This document shows positions 8,555 through 14,724 of a DNA stretch of 45,608 bases, piece by piece. The translations under genes and the position numbers were made by a program. Within the stretch, counting starts at the first letter, position 1. Every line of letters starts with the position of its first letter. Source of the DNA: an uncultured Candidatus Saccharibacteria bacterium. GTDB lineage: Bacteria; Patescibacteriota; Minisyncoccia; Phycocordibacterales; EsbW-18. The DNA lies in the NCBI GenBank assembly GCA_964478705.1, contig CAYZIR010000007.1, positions 1-45,608 on the forward strand. Reading direction: 5' to 3'. The notes below the pieces were generated by a model. The model made no database searches, had not been told where the DNA came from, and saw only the letters and a program-made list of their open reading frames with translations.

Positions 8555-9061
8555 TTAGTCATTCTTCAGACAATATTGCGCGGAGGAGACTTCTAAAACC
8601 ATAGGGCCATCGTACACGAGTTTACCATCATCAAAATCTTCTCCGACATACCCAATCGTTATATGTGGCAGGAACTTTAAACTAACACCATCAAGATGTG
8701 CAAACTGTTTCAAATCCTCATGAATTTTCGTAAGGTTGCCGTCATCTTTTACTTTCAGAAACATGATTTTTGCTCGGTGGTCAGGTAATGCAAAAAAGCC
8801 GACCCCACCAATCTCAACACAATCGATTGGATTAACTACAAGAAAATCTGATATGGCTGACTGATCTATATGTTCATGGTCAAAACCGTAGAACAAGGTT
8901 AGATGGAGTTTTTCGGTCATATTTCCACCTTCTCGCTTTCCATCAACAACTGCAAAAATAAACCTGTCAGCATATTGTTCTGCCCAAGCGATGATTTTTT
9001 GCTTTGCACTATCATCAAAATCAAGTGCTACGTATCCAATCTTATGTGGTTGTGTATTCAT
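8555..9061 (-). CDS. 2H phosphoesterase superfamily protein (LigT/cyclic phosphodiesterase-like)
   Basis: Two H-x-T/S-x motifs, HLTL and HITI, with appropriate spacing in a 168-aa protein. Confidence 0.65.
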   Translation of the reverse strand: MNTQPHKIGYVALDFDDSAKQKIIAWAEQYADRFIFAVVDGKREGGNMTEKLHLTLFYGFDHEHIDQSAISDFLVVNPIDCVEIGGVGFFALPDHRAKIMFLKVKDDGNLTKIHEDLKQFAHLDGVSLKFLPHITIGYVGEDFDDGKLVYDGPMVLEVSSAQYCLKND

Positions 9062-9066
9062 ATTTC

Positions 9067-9399
9067 TTAGCGGAATTCGTAGAGCTTGTCGGCAAAGTTT
9101 TTGATGCGATCGTCTTTGTCAATTTCTATACCCTCTTCTTTGTAGAGTTTCATGCGCTTCGCGCGATACTCATCATTCACCCAAATGTGTCCGTCAGCAT
9201 AGACGATTCGATGGAAGGGAATTGAGATTCCTTGATCCGCTGCCTTCGAGAGAATCGAGGTGATGCTTTGTGCCGCCATCGCTCCCCCGCCACACGCTTT
9301 TGAAATTCGGCCGTACGTTGTGACGCGCCCTTTCGGAATTTTCCTCGCTGCATCAATCACCCGCTCGCTGAATGTAGAGCCATGGAGTTCCTTTTTCAT
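9067..9399 (-). CDS. Alkyltransferase-like (ATL) protein: MGMT DNA-binding domain without the acceptor cysteine
   Basis: IPKGRVTTYGRISK...PFHRIV. The canonical PCHR active site reads PFHR, so Cys is replaced by Phe. Confidence 0.8.
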   Translation of the reverse strand: MKKELHGSTFSERVIDAARKIPKGRVTTYGRISKACGGGAMAAQSITSILSKAADQGISIPFHRIVYADGHIWVNDEYRAKRMKLYKEEGIEIDKDDRIKNFADKLYEFR

Positions 9400-9869
9400 G
9401 AAGTATGCGATGAATGCATAAGTATGCGTACGTGCTTGAGAAGTTCATCGAGTGTAGAGAATTGCAGGAATCCATACCTCTCCTGCACCACATCGATATT
9501 CCCCTTCTTCCAGAATCCATCGGGGCACACCACAAGCAGTTTTCCGCTCTGTGCATAGAGTCCTGTTTCGAGAAGTGATATAGGGGACTTCGTGTTTGGG
9601 TCAAAGTACATGATGATGTAATCACTTTTTGAGAGCGCATCAAGCTCCCATTCCACCTGCCCTCGAAAATCTTGGTTGTCTTTGCTTTGTTCCCACGAGT
9701 TGTCCCAGCGATCGCGCCGAGGGTTGAGGAGAAGCACATCTTCATCAGCTAACTGCTCTGCGATATATTTTTGCCATTCTTCCGCAACGCCCATCTCAAT
9801 ACTTCCGCCGAGAAATATTTTTATAGTCTTTATATCCGGAATTTCATGCGGGGCTTTTATTTCGATCAT
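9396..9869 (-). CDS. Nucleoside 2-deoxyribosyltransferase-like protein
   Basis: KIFLGGSI..EEWQ..LLNPRRD..WELDALSKSDYIIMYF..SPISLLETGLYA pattern of the NDT-like fold. Its stop overlaps the ATL start (ATGA). Confidence 0.7.
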   Translation of the reverse strand: MIEIKAPHEIPDIKTIKIFLGGSIEMGVAEEWQKYIAEQLADEDVLLLNPRRDRWDNSWEQSKDNQDFRGQVEWELDALSKSDYIIMYFDPNTKSPISLLETGLYAQSGKLLVVCPDGFWKKGNIDVVQERYGFLQFSTLDELLKHVRILMHSSHTS

Positions 9870-9910
9870 AGTGTGTTGATTATTTTAACATTTCTTGTTT
9901 TTATCTGACA

Positions 9911-9943
9911 GAAAAAGACTCCGAAGCGAAATGCTCCGGAGTC
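9911..9943 (-). terminator. Intrinsic terminator after the PurA-like gene
   Basis: GACTCCG(9917-9923)/CGGAGTC(9937-9943), followed on the minus strand by TTTTT. Confidence 0.6.
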
Positions 9944-9952
9944 AGATGTACG

Positions 9953-11302
9953 TTATACCGCGACCGGCAAACGAACAGGTACTTCCTGTTTGTCGAGAGC
10001 CGTCGGTCCGTACGAGATGATCGAGAGAGGAACACCGAGCTCCTCCTCAACCATCTGAAAGAACAATGAGTCTTCGTTCGGTATCGACTCGTAGAGAGGA
10101 GTCACCTTCTCCAAAAGGCGCGTGAGCGTCTCTTGAAACACCAAATCGGTGAGTTCAGTCTTCACTGGTAGTCGACTGATCAGCCCAACGTCGTCATGAC
10201 TGTAGCCCGTACACATCATCTTCTGCGAGAGCGTACGAAACCTATCCATGTTCGTCATCGCAATCTGATCGACGCCTCCACACACTTCAAGTGCATAGCG
10301 CGTGAGCACTGCATCCAACCACCCGAGACGGAACGCTCCTTGCCACTCCCCTGTGCCGTTGTGCATATCGGGGATGAGCGCGGTGAGTTCCTTACTCTCG
10401 GTTGGGAATGGGCCAGCGCCGTGGCGTGTCTGATAGGCACGAACAACACCGAGCCGAGTAACATCTCCTTCGAAGTTGATATCGCGAAGAATCTCAAGCG
10501 CATTCGCGAATGTCGTGGTGCTCCACGTGGTATGCGGATGAAATCCGTACCACTCATCCAAGAGTACACCTTGTGCACCTTCGAGGATGAGGTCACCTTC
10601 TTCGGCACGTCGCTTGAGGTAGGTATCTCCGACGATCGGGAATTGTTGAGAGATCTTCCACATCGCCTCTGCATATTCACTCGGTGCAGAGCTCTGCTCG
10701 AGAATATCGATCTCTTCCGCGATGTGCGGGAGATGTTTGATACCATCAAGCAAACCAGTGAACTCAGCGCGCTTCATTTCTTGAACTTCAGAGAGAAGAC
10801 GAGCGAGTCGTTTTGGGTCACGGAGATCTGCTCCAACCACCTTGAGGTCGGGTCGCACAATTGAATCGTGGGTCGTTTCTCCGATTCCCATACCACAACT
10901 GCCATGCCTGGCGTTCCCGCGAAGCGCTTCCCTGAGTCGGTTTGCGGACTTCTGAAAACGCGTCACCACAAGCGCTTGCTCATGGAGCGAAAACCGGCTG
11001 TACACATTGCCACAACCAAGCTCTCGCAAATGACGAGCTTCCGGCTCAATCGCGAGCGGGTCGAAGAGCGAGAATCGAGAGATGTGCGTTTTCACACCTT
11101 GCACGAACGTTCCGCTCCCAAATTGCGCGAAGGTGTGATGCCGTCCATCAGGAGTAATGACGTTGTGCGCCGCCTGACCGCCTCCGTTGAATCGGACGAC
11201 GGTCGAAACGGACTTGTTCCGAGCAAGGTAGTCGACGATCGATCCCTTGCCCGCATCGCCAAAACCAAGATCGACAACGATTGTTGCATTCCGTTTTGAC
11301 AC
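9953..11302 (-). CDS. Divergent adenylosuccinate synthetase (PurA) family protein
   Basis: VVDLGFGDAGKGSIVDYL, GGGQAAHN, LEGAQG, TRHGAGPFPTE, GWLD and SYGP match the PurA signature order. Start set to GTG 11302, preceded by GGAGG. The TTG at 11359 would place a terminator hairpin inside the CDS. Confidence 0.85.
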   Translation of the reverse strand: MSKRNATIVVDLGFGDAGKGSIVDYLARNKSVSTVVRFNGGGQAAHNVITPDGRHHTFAQFGSGTFVQGVKTHISRFSLFDPLAIEPEARHLRELGCGNVYSRFSLHEQALVVTRFQKSANRLREALRGNARHGSCGMGIGETTHDSIVRPDLKVVGADLRDPKRLARLLSEVQEMKRAEFTGLLDGIKHLPHIAEEIDILEQSSAPSEYAEAMWKISQQFPIVGDTYLKRRAEEGDLILEGAQGVLLDEWYGFHPHTTWSTTTFANALEILRDINFEGDVTRLGVVRAYQTRHGAGPFPTESKELTALIPDMHNGTGEWQGAFRLGWLDAVLTRYALEVCGGVDQIAMTNMDRFRTLSQKMMCTGYSHDDVGLISRLPVKTELTDLVFQETLTRLLEKVTPLYESIPNEDSLFFQMVEEELGVPLSIISYGPTALDKQEVPVRLPVAV

Positions 11303-11315
11303 GCCGTGCCTCCGT

Positions 11316-11350
11316 GGAAAAGAAAAGCCGGGCTCTGTGGAGAGCCCGGC
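11316..11350 (-). terminator. Strong intrinsic terminator between the vWA gene and the PurA-like gene
   Basis: GCCGGGCTCT(11327-11336)/AGAGCCCGGC(11341-11350), a perfect 10-bp stem with a 4-nt loop. The minus strand continues TTTTCTTTTCC. Confidence 0.65.
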
Positions 11351-11364
11351 GGATTGCAATTCGA

Positions 11365-12381
11365 TTAGATCCGAGAAACTCCAGAACTACCAGCACCGAC
11401 GCCACCAGGAAGCGTTCCCGTTGCTACGTGTGCAGGCATCCGTGACTTTGCGACGGTTGCGAGCGCATTCGAAACGGATGTCCGCGCTCCACCACGCAAG
11501 TCGAGATCGTCCGCGACCATCACGAGATCCTTCGCGGTCTCGAGCATGTGGATGACACCAGCGATTGTCTCACAGACGAGATCGGCGTCGTCGAGAAGTA
11601 GAAGCCGTTCGCCGAGGAGATGGCGCCAGTTCTTCTGCACCCGTGGTTCACTGCCGTGTGCGGTGTTGCCCGAGAGGCAGATGTGGTAAATCTCCCATCG
11701 TTCGGACGCGCGAGCGATGAGATCCTTCACGGATTCGTCACTCGTCGCTTCGATGCCGAAAATATCCTGCACCTGACACTTCGTGACCGTCGGCCACGTC
11801 ATCTCGTCACCCATGGTGAAGAGATAGCCCTTCTTGCCACGCTTCTCGAACGAGTCGGTTGCGGTGTGATGTGCTGCGAATCGATACGCGAGAGCGTAGG
11901 ATTCGTGCACTTGCCCGCCACCACCACCTTCGAGGATGATGTTGCGGAGGGCCTCGTCGAACCGGTTGTCCGATTCGAACTGCCCGACTTGGAATGGATA
12001 CTGGTCGCACGTCGCATCGCCGATTGCACCGACGAGGACTTGCGGGTCCTTGATGCCGGTTTTGGCGAGAACGACGTCCATCAGCTTCGTCAACTTCTGC
12101 TGAAGCGTTCGTGGAACACTTCCCATCGATCCCGTGACGTCGAAGAAAACGGCGATCGGAAGCGATTCGGGATGCTCATCGCTATCCCTGCTCTCCCGAA
12201 CGTTCTGCCCTGCGAGCGGGCTCGTCGGCCCTGCGACGGTCTTCGGGTCGAGACTCGGATGAATTCCACTTGCCCGACCCGCCTTGACGTCTCTGTCGTG
12301 TTCGAAATCGTCGACACCACGTGTGCGACGATCCTCCCTGGCACGACTGTACGAACTCGAATCCCATCTACCGCCACCCAT
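11365..12381 (-). CDS. von Willebrand factor A (vWA) domain protein with a MIDAS-like motif and a disordered Arg/Asp-rich N-terminus
   Basis: IAVFFDVTGSMGS (D-x-T-x-S), then GAIGDATCD and LFTMGDEM downstream. AAGGAG RBS 8 nt upstream of ATG 12381. Confidence 0.8.
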   Translation of the reverse strand: MGGGRWDSSSYSRAREDRRTRGVDDFEHDRDVKAGRASGIHPSLDPKTVAGPTSPLAGQNVRESRDSDEHPESLPIAVFFDVTGSMGSVPRTLQQKLTKLMDVVLAKTGIKDPQVLVGAIGDATCDQYPFQVGQFESDNRFDEALRNIILEGGGGGQVHESYALAYRFAAHHTATDSFEKRGKKGYLFTMGDEMTWPTVTKCQVQDIFGIEATSDESVKDLIARASERWEIYHICLSGNTAHGSEPRVQKNWRHLLGERLLLLDDADLVCETIAGVIHMLETAKDLVMVADDLDLRGGARTSVSNALATVAKSRMPAHVATGTLPGGVGAGSSGVSRI

Positions 12382-12408
12382 GATAGCGCTCCTTTTTGTG
12401 ACCCGTCG

Positions 12409-13581
12409 TTAGCTCTGCATGGGAAGCGGGCGATAGCCACGCCCCCATTCCTTCCTGATGACACGGGTAAATTCATCAAGAAGTTCTTGCCCTGTTTGGA
12501 AACGCTCTCCACGAGAGTCTTTGACCGTACGAAGAACAACTGCACTGACCGACGAGGGCACTGCCGAGGGAATCGTGTTGGTTGCTGTGTTCCCGCCAAG
12601 AAGAGCGATCATCATTTTTCCAGCCATAAAAAGGTCGGTGCGACGATCGGGTTCTTCTTTTCTCAGCACCTCTTTCGGGTAGAAATCCTTCCACCGATCT
12701 ATGACATGCATCACTCGAAGATGCGAATGCGTCGGATCCTCGATCGCGTGAGCCCATCCAATGTGAAGTGGCTCGCGCTTTATTGGATCGACAAGAACGT
12801 GATCCGGTGTAATCGCCGAATGGACGACACCAGCCATATCAGCGGCAATCGTTTGCGCGATGATACGACGGAATATCCACCCCGCATGCTCAGGATCGAC
12901 CCCCTTCGGATATGCGCGCATGATGTCTGCGACCGATACAAGACCGTCGACATACGCGAGCACGTTGACCGCGTAGCGCGTTCCGTTCGGGCCGTTCATG
13001 AAGAACGACTCAACGAGCTTTGGAACAAACTGTGCGATTTTCGAAAGAGGATCGGACGCTCCTGCATCTCTGAAGCGCGAAAGAATCTTTGCCTCAGATG
13101 CAAGCCATCCATTGAACGACGGTTGTGACGATACTTTCACAAGCACCTCGCCTCCCGTCCCACCGATGACCTTCGCGCGATAAATCACGGAGAAGTCGCC
13201 GGTTTTGTATGGCGTTGAGAAGAGGTGATACGTGTGAAGTGGTGATGTGATTTCGGACACCGATTGTTTCGGAGAGCCTTTCGACGAAGCATTAGAAAAC
13301 GCTCCGGCGGTAAAAGGCTTTCCATAGGTTCCTACATTGATTGCTCGTTCAGCCGCATGACGGATGTCAGTAAGCTGACGAAACACATCTGCAGCTTCTA
13401 CTGCAAGGTGCTTCTCGACGTGATCGGGATGCACCATGAGTACAAGTTGTCTGAATTGCCGTCGCAGAGCACTCTGTTGCTTCGAGATTGCGCCGTCCGG
13501 CAATGTGCCGAAGATGCTGATGAAGCTCGTTGCCACACGAAGTTGTCTACCGACGCTTTCGAGGGTATCTGCTCCGGACAT
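12409..13581 (-). CDS. J-domain (HPD) fused to a protein-kinase-like domain with degenerate catalytic motifs (predicted pseudokinase)
   Basis: LRRQFRQLVLMVHPDHV...FRQLTDIRHAAERAI is J-domain helix II-HPD-helix III. Kinase-like features are TGDFSVIYRA, VLVKV, EAKIL, VVHSAITPDHVLV (HRD Asp becomes Ala), HIGWA in place of DFG, FYPKEV and TDLFMAGKMMIALLGG. AGGAGG RBS 9 nt upstream. Confidence 0.8.
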   Translation of the reverse strand: MSGADTLESVGRQLRVATSFISIFGTLPDGAISKQQSALRRQFRQLVLMVHPDHVEKHLAVEAADVFRQLTDIRHAAERAINVGTYGKPFTAGAFSNASSKGSPKQSVSEITSPLHTYHLFSTPYKTGDFSVIYRAKVIGGTGGEVLVKVSSQPSFNGWLASEAKILSRFRDAGASDPLSKIAQFVPKLVESFFMNGPNGTRYAVNVLAYVDGLVSVADIMRAYPKGVDPEHAGWIFRRIIAQTIAADMAGVVHSAITPDHVLVDPIKREPLHIGWAHAIEDPTHSHLRVMHVIDRWKDFYPKEVLRKEEPDRRTDLFMAGKMMIALLGGNTATNTIPSAVPSSVSAVVLRTVKDSRGERFQTGQELLDEFTRVIRKEWGRGYRPLPMQS

Positions 13582-13670
13582 AGCTCTCTGCCTCCTGTGG
13601 TTCTATGAAGTAGTGAAGCGCGAGTGTCCTCGCATCCTCTACGTTGACAAAGAACACGATACTCTAATTT

Positions 13671-13691
13671 GAAGTGTCTTTAATACACTAA
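13671..13691. promoter_or_regulatory. NrtR-type box A (GAAGTGT-N7-ACACTAA) in the 5' UTR region of the J-domain operon
   Basis: Matches the 21-bp palindrome TTAGTGT-N7-ACACTAA at 12 of 14 half-site positions. Confidence 0.5.
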
Positions 13692-13736
13692 CTGAGGATA
13701 AAAAATATATCCCCATCAGAGTCCGCTCTACCCTGA

Positions 13737-13765
13737 AGACTACTCTTCCTCTTACTTAGTGTCAA
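13737..13765 (-). promoter_or_regulatory. Candidate promoter of the J-domain/vWA operon (TTGACA-17-TAGTCT)
   Basis: The -35 TTGACA (rc of 13760-13765) lies inside box B. The -10 TAGTCT is the rc of 13737-13742. Confidence 0.45.
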
Positions 13766-13776
13766 TAGTACACAAT
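13756..13776. promoter_or_regulatory. NrtR-type box B (TTAGTGT-CAATAGT-ACACAAT)
   Basis: Left half is perfect and the right half matches 5 of 7. It overlaps the -35 of the minus-strand promoter. It forms an 18-bp inverted repeat (one mismatch) with 13792-13809. Confidence 0.55.
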
Positions 13777-13788
13777 ATGTACTGTGTA

Positions 13789-13809
13789 TAAGTGTAGTAT
13801 TGACACTAA
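13789..13809. promoter_or_regulatory. NrtR-type box C (TAAGTGT-AGTATTG-ACACTAA)
   Basis: 13 of 14 half-site matches. It overlaps the -35 TTGACA of the nrtR promoter. Confidence 0.55.
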
Positions 13810-13828
13810 ATAGATTTACCGGTATAGT
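13800..13828 (+). promoter_or_regulatory. nrtR promoter TTGACA-17-TATAGT, with the -10 ending 8 nt before the ATG (leaderless geometry)
   Basis: TTGACA 13800-13805, TATAGT 13823-13828, ATG 13837. Confidence 0.55.
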
Positions 13829-13836
13829 TCCCTTCT

Positions 13837-14535
13837 ATGAAACACCCAATCCCCTCACAAGCCCCCGACCACCTGCGCTTTGCTGTGCTTGCCTGCGATG
13901 TGGCGATCTTTACCATTAAAGACAACACACTCTACGTACGCACCGTTACTGTTAACCGCCCTCCGAGTTTCATTAATAGCCGAGGACTTCCTGGTGGACT
14001 CCTCCTCCCCCACGAGACAGCCGAAGAAGCAGCACTTCGTCATATCACCGAAAAGGCATTGATCAGCACAAAAAAAATATACATGGAACAGCTCTACACA
14101 TTTAGTAGAGTTGATCGTGATCCTCGTGGACGCGTCGTTGCTGTGGCATACCTCTGCCTCGTGCCATGGGAGTCTCTTTCCGCAATCGAACAATCCGATA
14201 CTGACGGCGCTCGTTGGATGCCAGTTTCTGATGCAAAGAAACTCGCATACGATCATGACGAGATACTCTCGGTTGCGGTCAATCGTCTTCGCTCACGCAT
14301 AACGTACACAACACTCATCAGCAAACTCATCCCAGTAGAATTCACGCTCTCTGACCTCGAACGTGCGTACGCATCAATCCTCGCAACCACGCTCGACAAA
14401 CGAAACTTCCGAAAAAAAGTTGAAAAACTCAAAATACTCACGGAACTTCCGTACAAACGGACCGGTGGAGCCTTTCGACCAGCGGCGCTCTACAAGTTCG
14501 CTTCGAATAAAGTCAAAGAAATCGAGATTCTCTAA
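13837..14535 (+). CDS. nrtR: NrtR-family Nudix-related transcriptional regulator of NAD metabolism
   Basis: N-terminal Nudix fold with a degenerate Nudix box (GGLLLPHETAEEAALRHITEKALI). C-terminal wHTH region (YDHDEILSVAVNRLRSRITYTTL..LDKRNFRKKV). 232 aa, adjacent to nadM/Nampt. Confidence 0.88.
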   Translation: MKHPIPSQAPDHLRFAVLACDVAIFTIKDNTLYVRTVTVNRPPSFINSRGLPGGLLLPHETAEEAALRHITEKALISTKKIYMEQLYTFSRVDRDPRGRVVAVAYLCLVPWESLSAIEQSDTDGARWMPVSDAKKLAYDHDEILSVAVNRLRSRITYTTLISKLIPVEFTLSDLERAYASILATTLDKRNFRKKVEKLKILTELPYKRTGGAFRPAALYKFASNKVKEIEIL

Positions 14536-14542
14536 CTCTCTC

Positions 14543-14569
14543 AAAAAGCCCTTCCTTACGGGGCTTTTT
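14543..14569 (+). terminator. Intrinsic terminator after nrtR
   Basis: AGCCC/GGGCT stem followed by TTTTT. Confidence 0.65.
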
Positions 14570-14589
14570 GCTATCCACAGATACCGTTG

Positions 14590-14618
14590 TTGACAATCGA
14601 ATGCTTATTGTATAAGAT
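14590..14618 (+). promoter_or_regulatory. Candidate nadM promoter (TTGACA then TATAAG at 15 nt or TAAGAT at 17 nt)
   Basis: TTGACA at 14590-14595. The -10 candidates at 14611-14618 are overlapped by NrtR-type box E. Confidence 0.5.
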
Positions 14619-14625
14619 ACACTTA
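14605..14625. promoter_or_regulatory. NrtR-type box E (TTATTGT-ATAAGAT-ACACTTA)
   Basis: 12 of 14 half-site matches. It overlaps the -10 region of the nadM promoter. Confidence 0.45.
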
Positions 14626-14662
14626 GTATGGGGTTGGGAAGACATATATTTTTTACCTTCAG

Positions 14663-14683
14663 TTAGTGTAATAAATACATTAT
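14663..14683. promoter_or_regulatory. NrtR-type box D (TTAGTGT-AATAAAT-ACATTAT)
   Basis: Left half is perfect and the right half matches 5 of 7. It lies between the promoter and the nadM RBS. Confidence 0.45.
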
Positions 14684-14724
14684 CTACCCTCTCCGCCATG
14701 TTCTTTGACAAGGAGAAAATACAC

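Noticed and set aside
11303-11359. TTG 11359 as the start of the PurA-like gene
   Set aside because: It would place a 10-bp terminator hairpin and its T-run inside the coding region. GTG 11302 has a GGAGG RBS and gives the usual short PurA N-terminus before the P-loop.
11620-13128. 502-aa plus-strand ORF
   Set aside because: It is antisense to the vWA and J-domain/pseudokinase genes in a GC-rich stretch. Its Arg/Cys-rich composition is nonsensical and it has no RBS. It is a typical shadow ORF.
14587-14724. TTG-initiated extension of the nadM ORF
   Set aside because: The TTG is part of a TTGACA -35 hexamer. The extension covers promoter and NrtR-box sequence. ATG 14725 has AAGGAG at 9 nt, and the conserved nucleotidyltransferase motif starts immediately after it.
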